Shown in pieces: positions 1 to 7,951 of a DNA stretch of 64,000 nt. The stretch's first letter is position 1. Each line of letters begins with the position of its first letter. Made by a program: the position numbers and the translations under genes. The stretch lies in assembly GCA_050291745.1 (NCBI GenBank), contig JBNKKI010000092.1, forward strand, positions 13,103 to 77,102, written 5' to 3'. The notes under the pieces were generated by a model. It saw nothing but the letters and a program-made list of their open reading frames with translations. It searched no databases and had not been told where the DNA came from. The stretch comes from Gammaproteobacteria bacterium. GTDB lineage: Bacteria; Pseudomonadota; Gammaproteobacteria; GCA-001735895.

Positions 1-1
1 T

Positions 2-223
2 GCTACCAGATTATTGCGGCATTTCCGGGCTACAACAATGAGCTGTCAACAGCATTCGTTTTCGATTACCTGTTCCATAGGTATTGCTTGCGCATTACCT
101 CATTACGAAAGTAATCCCGATGCATTGTTAATGGCTGCTGATGAAGCTTTATATGAAGCCAAAGATAATGGAAGAAATCAGATGAGCGTAGCAAATATTG
201 CTCCTCAGAACAGGGTGATTTAA
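2..223 (+). CDS. C-terminal fragment of a GGDEF-domain diguanylate cyclase; the gene begins upstream of the window
   Basis: Open frame from the window edge; the tail ...SIGIA...[25 protein letters not shown] matches the conserved GGDEF C-terminus (ADxALYxAKxxGRN). Confidence 0.6.
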   Translation, partial: ATRLLRHFRATTMSCQQHSFSITCSIGIACALPHYESNPDALLMAADEALYEAKDNGRNQMSVANIAPQNRVI

Positions 224-538
224 CTTTTTTTGATCGCTGTTAGTTTAAACCGGAAAAATCAGTTGATAACGGTGTTTTTGATTTCTTGGCAATTGCGCCT
301 GCATTGCTCTAACGACAGTCATCCCTGGCTTGGAGCAGGCACATCAATCTGTTACGCATCTTTTTCATGCTGATCTGATTTTTCCCGGTTCAAAAACTTC
401 GCAGATACATTCAATTTTTTTATAACTTCTGTTCTTTTCAACTTCGTAAATATCAACCAAACGAGTAAGTATAGAAATGCAGTCTTTCGTCTATAAATCT
501 AAATAATTTCAAAACCAGTTTTCAATAACTTCCATGAT

Positions 539-773
539 CCTGGATTCCGCAGTTGACCGCTCGCAATAGAAGTTAACCTACTGTTTCATAAACCATTACA
601 GTTGATATGTATAATCACCCAATAGGTGAATCCCGCTACGAACTGAATTGCACGTTTGAGGCATCGTATCTCTTCGTTGTAACTCCTTGGAATAGCTGGC
701 TATTCCGCGTCGCTACGCCTTGATCTACACCACCTCAAACGCACAATCAGCTCGTCCAACTGCGGATTCTAGG
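539..773 (+). repeat. MITE-like repeat, copy A (long subtype, about 235 bp) with terminal inverted repeats and a central hairpin
   Basis: Left end CCTGGATTCCGCAGTTGACCG, right end CGTCCAACTGCGGATTCTAGG (inverted); internal hairpin GGAATAGCtggCTATTCC; near-identical to 51678..51913 and inverted relative to 9466..9677 and 36181..36381. Confidence 0.85.
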
Positions 774-874
774 ATGATGATACTTTTAAATAATGACTAA
801 AGTTACAATAGTAAATGATTTCAGTTAAAGTGAAACTGAACTTATATAAATCAAACTATGGCCCTGTTATATTT

Positions 875-1240
875 TCAGGATACTAGCTTAAGCGTTGCTG
901 ATACGGATAGACCAAATACTTGCATGGTCACCCATCCAAGAATCATGACTAATATTGAAATTAAAATACTGCCAACAAATTGAACTTCTAATGCAATACT
1001 ATATGCAAGTGCCTGAGCTAAAAAGACTATTATTGGTGCAATAATGGTTATAGGACCACCAACAGAGCCTAGAAAAATTAATGAAAGAACAGAAAAAAAG
1101 AAAGCGTAGATAATAGCTTTAAACGATTTTGAAAGTGGAACTTTTGTTTTAGTAACTATAGAAGCACTAGTTTGTACGATCAATGCCGAAATAATGAGAA
1201 ATGCCGCAATAATCAAAAGTGCTTTAAGTGGTAATGCCAA
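875..1240 (-). CDS. small hydrophobic membrane protein of unknown function (about 4 TM)
   Basis: 121 aa ORF, almost entirely hydrophobic segments; no recognisable motif. Confidence 0.45.
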   Translation of the reverse strand: MALPLKALLIIAAFLIISALIVQTSASIVTKTKVPLSKSFKAIIYAFFFSVLSLIFLGSVGGPITIIAPIIVFLAQALAYSIALEVQFVGSILISILVMILGWVTMQVFGLSVSATLKLVS

Positions 1241-1662
1241 AAACAGGATCAGTAAAGTTAATCCTCCGAGTAAATAATGCCTATGTGCTCCTTGTTTAAA
1301 TATAGATAAATATCAGTAAGTTAAATAGCTGAAACCTCTGTGTGAGCAATGTGATACTCAGAAAGTAACAGAGCCTTTAGATGTCCTTGATAATGTGAGT
1401 AACTAAATTGTTTGTTCACTGAAGGAATAAAGGTTTTTTGTAACCAGGTTTTGAAATACTCACATGGCTTTTTAGGTGAGTTTTATAATGATGTTGTAGT
1501 TCCTTCACATTTATATATCCCGCTTTTAAAATTCAATGTATTGCAGAAGCCCCGGTGAGAAAATCTTTTCAGGCTAATAAGACATCTTTTAATCTACCAC
1601 AATTTATGTGTGAAGTTAATACTCTATTCATCATCATTCAATTTAGCTATTGGAAAGGAACT

Positions 1663-2409
1663 TTATTTTTCAGATGAGCAAACTGGACAGCTAGGGTTTT
1701 TGGGTATTTGAACTTGTTGCCATTGCATGTTCAGTGCATCAAATAATAATAATTTCCCAGTTATTTCTTCACTATTATTTGTTAAAACCAGCAAAGCCTG
1801 CAGGGCCTGGAAGGTTCCCATAATTCCGACTACCGGACCAAGAACGCCTTCCATCTCACAGGTTTGAGCATTCTCATATTCTCCGTTATATACACACTGG
1901 TAACAGGGGGTGTTAGTGTCTGGTATATAGCTCATGATTTGACCTTCCATACGAATTGCAGCAGCTGAGATGAGTGGTGTTTTAGTTTTGACACATAAAC
2001 GATTAACAGCAAAACGGGTAGGGAAGTTATCACTGCAATCCAGCACTATATCCGATTGAGATATGTAATGCTCAAGCTCTTCCTGATCAAGTTCATGATC
2101 GATCATATCTACTTTACAATCAGGATTAATGGAAACAATAGTTTGCTTAGCTGAATGTGTCTTCAGGTCACCAATAGTTGCAGTTTGATGGATAATTTGT
2201 CTTTGTAAATTAGATTCTTCAACTACATCATAGTCACTAATAATTAAGTGACCGACCCCAGCTGCAGCCAGGTACATTGCAGCAGGAGATCCTAAACCGC
2301 CCATTCCAATCATTAATATATTGCTATGTAAGATTTTATTTTGACCATCTTCACCTATTTGAGGTAATTTTATCTGCCGATCAAAACGTAATTTCTGTGC
2401 TGGTGTCAT
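1663..2409 (-). CDS. MoeB/ThiF/HesA-family E1-like adenylyltransferase
   Basis: Gly-rich nucleotide loop MIGMGGLGSPAAMYLAAAGVG, C-terminal CxxC...CxxC (PCYQC, CPVC) zinc motif; last gene of the AOR operon. Confidence 0.85.
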   Translation of the reverse strand: MTPAQKLRFDRQIKLPQIGEDGQNKILHSNILMIGMGGLGSPAAMYLAAAGVGHLIISDYDVVEESNLQRQIIHQTATIGDLKTHSAKQTIVSINPDCKVDMIDHELDQEELEHYISQSDIVLDCSDNFPTRFAVNRLCVKTKTPLISAAAIRMEGQIMSYIPDTNTPCYQCVYNGEYENAQTCEMEGVLGPVVGIMGTFQALQALLVLTNNSEEITGKLLLFDALNMQWQQVQIPKNPSCPVCSSEK

Positions 2410-2429
2410 AAGATATTCTGGTTGGTCAT

Positions 2430-2744
2430 TTAACCACCACCTTTATGAAAGTATTTGAAAAATTTATCAAAAAAGAAATCAGACTGCTCTTTTGTTGCTG
2501 ACGTAACTGAAAAACTTACTAGTAATACTGGAAGTGAAATTGCTCCAAGGGTTCTTGGAGGCTGTAATTGAGCTTCAATCTGAACAATCATTGAAGAATT
2601 TTTATGGGAAATTGTCCAGCTATTTTGTTTTTCTGAGAGACATTCAAGTTCTGAATGTTCGCCAGTAAAATTACCGTGGATAACATTATTAAATTCAGTT
2701 CTGGTATAACCCATGTCATATTGATATTTAATTGCTTCACTCAT
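2430..2744 (-). CDS. hypothetical 104 aa protein ending in -GGG, in the AOR/E1 operon
   Basis: ORF ends ...FHKGGG*; lies between the MoaD-like gene and the E1-like gene with 14-20 nt gaps; no motif recognised. Confidence 0.5.
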   Translation of the reverse strand: MSEAIKYQYDMGYTRTEFNNVIHGNFTGEHSELECLSEKQNSWTISHKNSSMIVQIEAQLQPPRTLGAISLPVLLVSFSVTSATKEQSDFFFDKFFKYFHKGGG

Positions 2745-2758
2745 GCAAAAGCCATCAA

Positions 2759-3010
2759 TTAACCACCTGCTACTGGTGGCCAGATTGATATAGTATCACC
2801 GGTTAGCAAGGTTTTATTTTTACGATCATCTCCACATACAAATAGGCCATTAAGCAATACGATATGAGCCTGTTCGTCAGTTATTTTAAAAGATTCAATC
2901 AACTGTTGTACTGTGGTTGAATCATCGATATTAATTTCTCTTCGAAAACGTTGATTGCCTGGAGGTAGTAAATGCATAAGTGATGCATATAATTCGATAT
3001 ATATTTTCAT
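2759..3010 (-). CDS. MoaD/ThiS-family ubiquitin-like sulfur-carrier protein
   Basis: 83 aa, C-terminus ...WPPVAGG* (Gly-Gly end), adjacent to the E1-like enzyme. Confidence 0.8.
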   Translation of the reverse strand: MKIYIELYASLMHLLPPGNQRFRREINIDDSTTVQQLIESFKITDEQAHIVLLNGLFVCGDDRKNKTLLTGDTISIWPPVAGG

Positions 3011-3015
3011 TGAAT

Positions 3016-4263
3016 TTAATTGAATTCCTGAGTACAGGACATATAGGCTTCCATAAGTTGAGTAGGATCCTGCATTAATCTGTCTTTCCAGATTCCCAGC
3101 TTTAAACGTGTTTCAATGAGACCTCTCAAAATGCCAATATGCTGTGTTAATCCTGTACAACTAGCACCGATAAGAATATCGTCTTCAAATTGCAGGTTTA
3201 AATATCGATAATCCTGTTCATTAAAAATTTCTACTGAATCACCACCATCAATGCCCATCCAGCTTCCAAAGGAACAGGAAATAAGCCCCAGTGTATCGAG
3301 GACATTCATATTGAGTGATCCTTGGTGATTTACTTTTTTTCCACACATATTCAGAGCTGCGATTCTACCATGATCGGTTGCTGTAGGCTGGATAGCCTGT
3401 ACCTCATGATCTCCTGAAGAAAAATCAAGTGCCTGAGCGACATCACCGGCTGCATAAATATTGGGGTTACTGCTTTGCAGGTATTGATTCACCAGAATTC
3501 CTTTATCAATTTGTATTTCGGTATTTTCGAGGAAATCAGTATTTGACATAACACCTGTTGCTGTTATCACAAGATCGGCTGGTAATAATTGACCATCAGA
3601 TAATTTGACTGAATATGAACCATTGCTATCTTTGATTATAGAGTCGATTTTACTGGAAGTCTTGACATTGATACCTTTATCTATACACCAGGATTTTATC
3701 AGGCCACCCGCTTTGTCATTGAGCATCCGGGGAACCATGCGATTGCCTGCTTCAACAACGGTTAAATTAATGCCACGTTTTAGTAATGACTCAAGGATAA
3801 TACAACCGATAAAACCTGCACCAATTAAAACGACATTAGAGCCAGGTTGAGCTAGTTGAATAATGTCACGAGCATCCTGTAGTGTCCAGCAACTGTGGAC
3901 TATATCCAGTTCAATACCTGGTATAGGTGGTGTATAAGGTTTCGAACCAGTTGAAATTAATAATTTATCGTAATGTATGTTATTAGTACTTTGCAAAATA
4001 ACCAACTGTGCTGTTGTATCGATACTGGTTACAGTATCCTGGATAATATTGATGTTTAAAGCGGCAAAATGTGTAGATGGATCACGTATATAAGTGCCTG
4101 CCTGTTCGATTTTTCCCTCCAGGAAATAGGGAATTGCCATTCGAGAATAGGGAGGCTCAGGCTCACTGCCAATGATGGTGATTTCAGCATCCTGATTATT
4201 CTTTCTGAGTGTTTCAGCTGCGATTACACCGGCTGTACCGGCACCGATTATGAGGAAATGCAT
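3016..4263 (-). CDS. FAD-dependent pyridine-nucleotide-disulfide oxidoreductase family protein (AorC-like NAD(P)H-binding subunit)
   Basis: Two Rossmann motifs (IIGAGTAGV near the N-terminus; VLIGAGFIGC mid-protein); immediately downstream of AOR. Confidence 0.8.
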   Translation of the reverse strand: MHFLIIGAGTAGVIAAETLRKNNQDAEITIIGSEPEPPYSRMAIPYFLEGKIEQAGTYIRDPSTHFAALNINIIQDTVTSIDTTAQLVILQSTNNIHYDKLLISTGSKPYTPPIPGIELDIVHSCWTLQDARDIIQLAQPGSNVVLIGAGFIGCIILESLLKRGINLTVVEAGNRMVPRMLNDKAGGLIKSWCIDKGINVKTSSKIDSIIKDSNGSYSVKLSDGQLLPADLVITATGVMSNTDFLENTEIQIDKGILVNQYLQSSNPNIYAAGDVAQALDFSSGDHEVQAIQPTATDHGRIAALNMCGKKVNHQGSLNMNVLDTLGLISCSFGSWMGIDGGDSVEIFNEQDYRYLNLQFEDDILIGASCTGLTQHIGILRGLIETRLKLGIWKDRLMQDPTQLMEAYMSCTQEFN

Positions 4264-4338
4264 AGGATTTCTCTTTGGTTCGTTATTATTTTATTTAAAG
4301 CTCATCCGGGTAATATTCCCCGGATGAGCTTTAGTTTA

Positions 4339-6189
4339 TTAAAGAGACAGGCGCTGTTTGGTCTCCTGAGTTATCTCACCTTTATCCGTCCATCCTCTAA
4401 TTTCATAATAATGAGGTAGCATTTCACCTAAACGATTAACCTGTCCTTCAGTTGGTCCACTTTTAATGGCTTCTTCCAGAAGTCTCTTTGGTAACTTGTC
4501 ATCATCTGATGTAAAACCGGCTTTATTATTAAATTGCCGTTCCAGATTCCAAACTCGCTCACCAACCTCAAGACATTTTTCAACGCTCCAGTCACCAGCG
4601 CAAGCACCATCAATTTGTGGTGCAATATTATCCATTCCCCAGGCAAAAGTGGTGAAAAGGCAGATTCCAGCAGAATCAACAAGTGCAGTCGCATCCTGAA
4701 AAGCTTTTACCAGTTCAGGCTTACCATCGGTATCTGTCTGTTCGGTTTTTACAGGAATGCCAAGAATTTCTGAGGCAATGGTATAACCCCGAACATGGCA
4801 GGCTCCACGGTTGGAAGTGGCATAGTTTAGACCTATTCCCTGTATCCCTCGAGGGTCGTAAGCCGGAAATTCCTGTCCCTTCACATGCATTGCTAATTCC
4901 GGGTGACCATATTTTTCACAAAGTCTTTTTGAGCCTAGAGCCAGATCTTTACCAAAGCCTTTTCCACTTACCAGTGCTTCAACCGCTGCCACAAAAGCTT
5001 TTGCTGAACCAAATTTTAATTCTATTCCGCCAGTATTTTCTAAAGTTAGAATACCATCTTCAAACATTTCCATTGCTGCAGCAAGAGTACAGCCAAAAGT
5101 AATAGGGTCAAAGCCATCTTCATTACATAGAAAATTGGCATAAGTTAATGCATCCAGATCATCTACGCCCGTATCAGCACCGAGCGCCCAGGCTGCTTCA
5201 TACTCAAGACCACCAGATGCACCCCAGTATTCAGGTTTATTTTCAACTGAGAAATGTCCTTTATCAATAGTCGATATACGACCACAGGCAATAGTGCATC
5301 CAAAGCAACCGGCATTCGTGGTTAGATTGGCTTTACCATCACTAGCACGAAGTTCATGCATTGCTTCTCCGGAAATATTTCCCGCACCTTCGAATCCAAC
5401 ATCTTTCATGTTTCGTGCAGGTAGACCACCGACTCCATTAATAACATTCATCAATACCTGTGTGCCATAAGCAGGTAAACCTTCTCCAGTAACCGCATTT
5501 TCTGCGAGTACGGCTTTGCCGGCATTTACAGCTTCAATAAATTTTGGCATGTCATCAATGTTACCAACTCCCAAAGTGCCTCTTACTGCAACAGCTTTAA
5601 GATTTTTGGATGCCATCACTGTACCAACACCAGAGCGACCTGCAGCTCGATGTTTATCGTTGATTACGGCTGAATAAAGACAACCGGCTTCAGCTGTTCT
5701 ACCAACACAGGCTATACGAATTTGGGGGTCCTGATGAATTTTATGCAGGATATCATCCGTCTCCCAGGCTGATTTACCCCAGAGAGTTTTAGCAGAGCGA
5801 AGTTCTGCTTTATCATTTTCTATCCATAGATAGACAGGTTTTTCTGATTTACCTTCAAAAATAAGCATATCCCATCCGGCATTTTTAAATTCAGCTCCCA
5901 GAAAACCTCCAGAGTTTGAACAGGCGATAGCGCCAGTTAGTGGGCCTTTAGTGATAACTGAGTAACGACCGGCGGTTGAAGCCATGGTTCCAGTCAAAGG
6001 TCCCGTCGCCATGATTAATTTATTATCAGGGCCTAGTGGGTCGCAGGTTGGATCAACTTCTTCACTCAGATATTTAGAAGCAAGACCTCGCTGACCAAGG
6101 TATTCATCAGCCCATTGCATATTTAAGGGCTCAGCTGTACAGGTTCCTTCAGTGAGGTTTACGCGTAATATTTTTCTTGTCCAGGACAT
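4339..6189 (-). CDS. aor: tungsten/molybdenum-pterin aldehyde:ferredoxin oxidoreductase (AOR family)
   Basis: 616 aa; N-terminal MSWTRKILRVNLTEG... and cysteine-containing stretches as in AOR; flanked by a polyferredoxin and MoaD/MoeB-like genes. Confidence 0.85.
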   Translation of the reverse strand: MSWTRKILRVNLTEGTCTAEPLNMQWADEYLGQRGLASKYLSEEVDPTCDPLGPDNKLIMATGPLTGTMASTAGRYSVITKGPLTGAIACSNSGGFLGAEFKNAGWDMLIFEGKSEKPVYLWIENDKAELRSAKTLWGKSAWETDDILHKIHQDPQIRIACVGRTAEAGCLYSAVINDKHRAAGRSGVGTVMASKNLKAVAVRGTLGVGNIDDMPKFIEAVNAGKAVLAENAVTGEGLPAYGTQVLMNVINGVGGLPARNMKDVGFEGAGNISGEAMHELRASDGKANLTTNAGCFGCTIACGRISTIDKGHFSVENKPEYWGASGGLEYEAAWALGADTGVDDLDALTYANFLCNEDGFDPITFGCTLAAAMEMFEDGILTLENTGGIELKFGSAKAFVAAVEALVSGKGFGKDLALGSKRLCEKYGHPELAMHVKGQEFPAYDPRGIQGIGLNYATSNRGACHVRGYTIASEILGIPVKTEQTDTDGKPELVKAFQDATALVDSAGICLFTTFAWGMDNIAPQIDGACAGDWSVEKCLEVGERVWNLERQFNNKAGFTSDDDKLPKRLLEEAIKSGPTEGQVNRLGEMLPHYYEIRGWTDKGEITQETKQRLSL

Positions 6190-6205
6190 TTTTTATCTCC
6201 TCAAT

Positions 6206-6691
6206 TCAAGATGCAGCTGTTTCAGCGGCAGGTAAACTTTTAGAAGCTGAAGCTAGCATACGATTATATCCAGTCCAGTCTGAATCGATATAAGTGATGG
6301 CTGCAGTAGGGCAGGCTTTTGCACAGGCAGGGTCTCCACCACAGAGATCACATTTCACGACTTTACCCGTTGCCTGGGAATAATTGATTGTTCCAAAAGG
6401 ACAGGCGATGGTGCAGACTTTACATCCAACACATTTATCATCAGACACTACTTTGGCACCGGTTGATACGTCTAAACTAATGGCATTGACAGGACAGGCG
6501 CGTTGACACCAGGCTTCATCACATTGTGTACAGGTATAAGGGGCAAATCTGCCTTCATGATGGAAGGTAAAAACTTTAATAAATGATCGAGAGGGATTGA
6601 ATAAACCGGTATGTTCATAAGAACAGGCCAATTCACATTGAAGGCATCCGGTACATTTCACCGGATCAATATGTAAAGATTTTTGCATCAT
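6206..6691 (-). CDS. 4x[4Fe-4S] polyferredoxin, electron-transfer subunit (AorA-like)
   Basis: Four CxxCxxCxxxCP clusters in 161 aa; first gene of the operon. Confidence 0.85.
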   Translation of the reverse strand: MMQKSLHIDPVKCTGCLQCELACSYEHTGLFNPSRSFIKVFTFHHEGRFAPYTCTQCDEAWCQRACPVNAISLDVSTGAKVVSDDKCVGCKVCTIACPFGTINYSQATGKVVKCDLCGGDPACAKACPTAAITYIDSDWTGYNRMLASASKSLPAAETAAS

Positions 6692-7014
6692 CTTCTCCTG
6701 GCTTTGGATTATAATTGTATTGTTTTTTGATTTTACATAAATATCGCCTTATATGTTAATAAAAATATTCTATAAATGGTTTTTTATAGTTATAAAATAC
6801 TACTAAATAAGGGGTTTATACTTTGTCTGGCGTCTTAAAATGACTGCTGATAGAGGAAATATAACTGATATATTTTCAAACTGAATATTACTGCCAGTTT
6901 TAAACATGAGTTAGATAAAAATTTCGTTATCGATTGTTCTTCTATAAAATGCCTGATTTTTTTTACAAATGTGAATTCCTGATGTTACACAAAGTTCAAT
7001 TATATCAATAGACT

Positions 7015-7719
7015 ATGGATACTTTATATGAAGCTACACGAGATGCATTTATGCTACTATTCAGTGGGGATCCGGAAATATGGGGTATCATTGGCATATC
7101 ATTTCGTGTTTCAACTATAGCAATTCTGTGTGCTATTCCTCCGGGTATAATGACAGCTTTTATACTGGCTCATTTCAGGTTTCCAGGTAGAAATCTTTTA
7201 ATATCTATATTTAGTGCATTATTGTCTGTACCTGCCGTAGTTGTTGGGCTGACTTTATTCATACTTTTATCCCGGCAGGGACCTTTTGGTGATTTTAGAT
7301 TATTGTTTACCCAGTCTGCGATGGTGATGGGACAATTTCTGTTAAGTTATCCAATTCTGGTTTCTATGTCTCTGGCTGCCATCCAGTCTGTTGATAATCG
7401 TGCCTGGGAAACTGCCAGAACTTTAGGTGCTAATCCCATTCAAGCTTTGTTGACACTCATGTATGAAGTTCGTTTTGGATTACTGACAGCATTGCTAGCT
7501 GGCTATGGACGTATTATTGCCGAAGTTGGCGCTTCTATGATGCTTGGTGGTAATATTATGCATTACACGAGAAATATTCCGACGGCCATTGCTCTTGAAA
7601 CCAGTAAAGGGAATTTTGCTCAGGGTATGGCGCTTGGCATTGTACTTGTCATTTTATCTTTTTTATTAAATGCTTTTCTTCACTCAATGGATCATAAATC
7701 TTCTACGGCTAATTCTTGA
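7015..7719 (+). CDS. ABC-transporter permease, ModB/TupB/CysT-type (molybdate/tungstate/sulfate class); no partner genes nearby
   Basis: About 5-6 TM; EAA-loop ETARTLGANPIQALLTLMYEVRFGLLTALLAGYGRIIAEVGASMMLGG; no binding-protein or ATPase gene adjacent. Confidence 0.6.
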   Translation: MDTLYEATRDAFMLLFSGDPEIWGIIGISFRVSTIAILCAIPPGIMTAFILAHFRFPGRNLLISIFSALLSVPAVVVGLTLFILLSRQGPFGDFRLLFTQSAMVMGQFLLSYPILVSMSLAAIQSVDNRAWETARTLGANPIQALLTLMYEVRFGLLTALLAGYGRIIAEVGASMMLGGNIMHYTRNIPTAIALETSKGNFAQGMALGIVLVILSFLLNAFLHSMDHKSSTANS

Positions 7720-7951
7720 TTTAGAGTTAATTATTATTCAGTTGAATTTTTCCTATATGGATTCGATGGCATTTAGAGCAGTCAGTGTTACCAAAAATTA
7801 TTGTTAATTTATCAGTATAAAAAACTATAACGATTCAATCCAAATCCGATATCTGATAACTAGAAAAATAAATAAATAGTTTTAAAAACAGCTAATATTT
7901 ATTTAACAGACCATAAAATATTTAAAAAAAGAGTTAAACAGGGAGAAACCT

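Noticed and set aside
4428-5102. Several antisense or overlapping ORFs (77-139 aa) inside the AOR gene, and similar ones inside the FAD oxidoreductase (3605..3850), pit (19351..19836, 20002..20205), pstC (16678..17028) and comEC (42188..42466)
   Set aside because: They lie entirely within long, well-supported genes on the opposite strand or in another frame. Their composition is low-complexity (Pro/Ser/Ala-rich), typical of shadow ORFs.
6692-7014. Possible Moco/Wco riboswitch or FNR box in the 5' region of the AOR operon
   Set aside because: No GAGGAG...GGGAAAC-type Moco-riboswitch core and no TTGAT-N4-ATCAA FNR half-sites could be found by eye. The region is just AT-rich.
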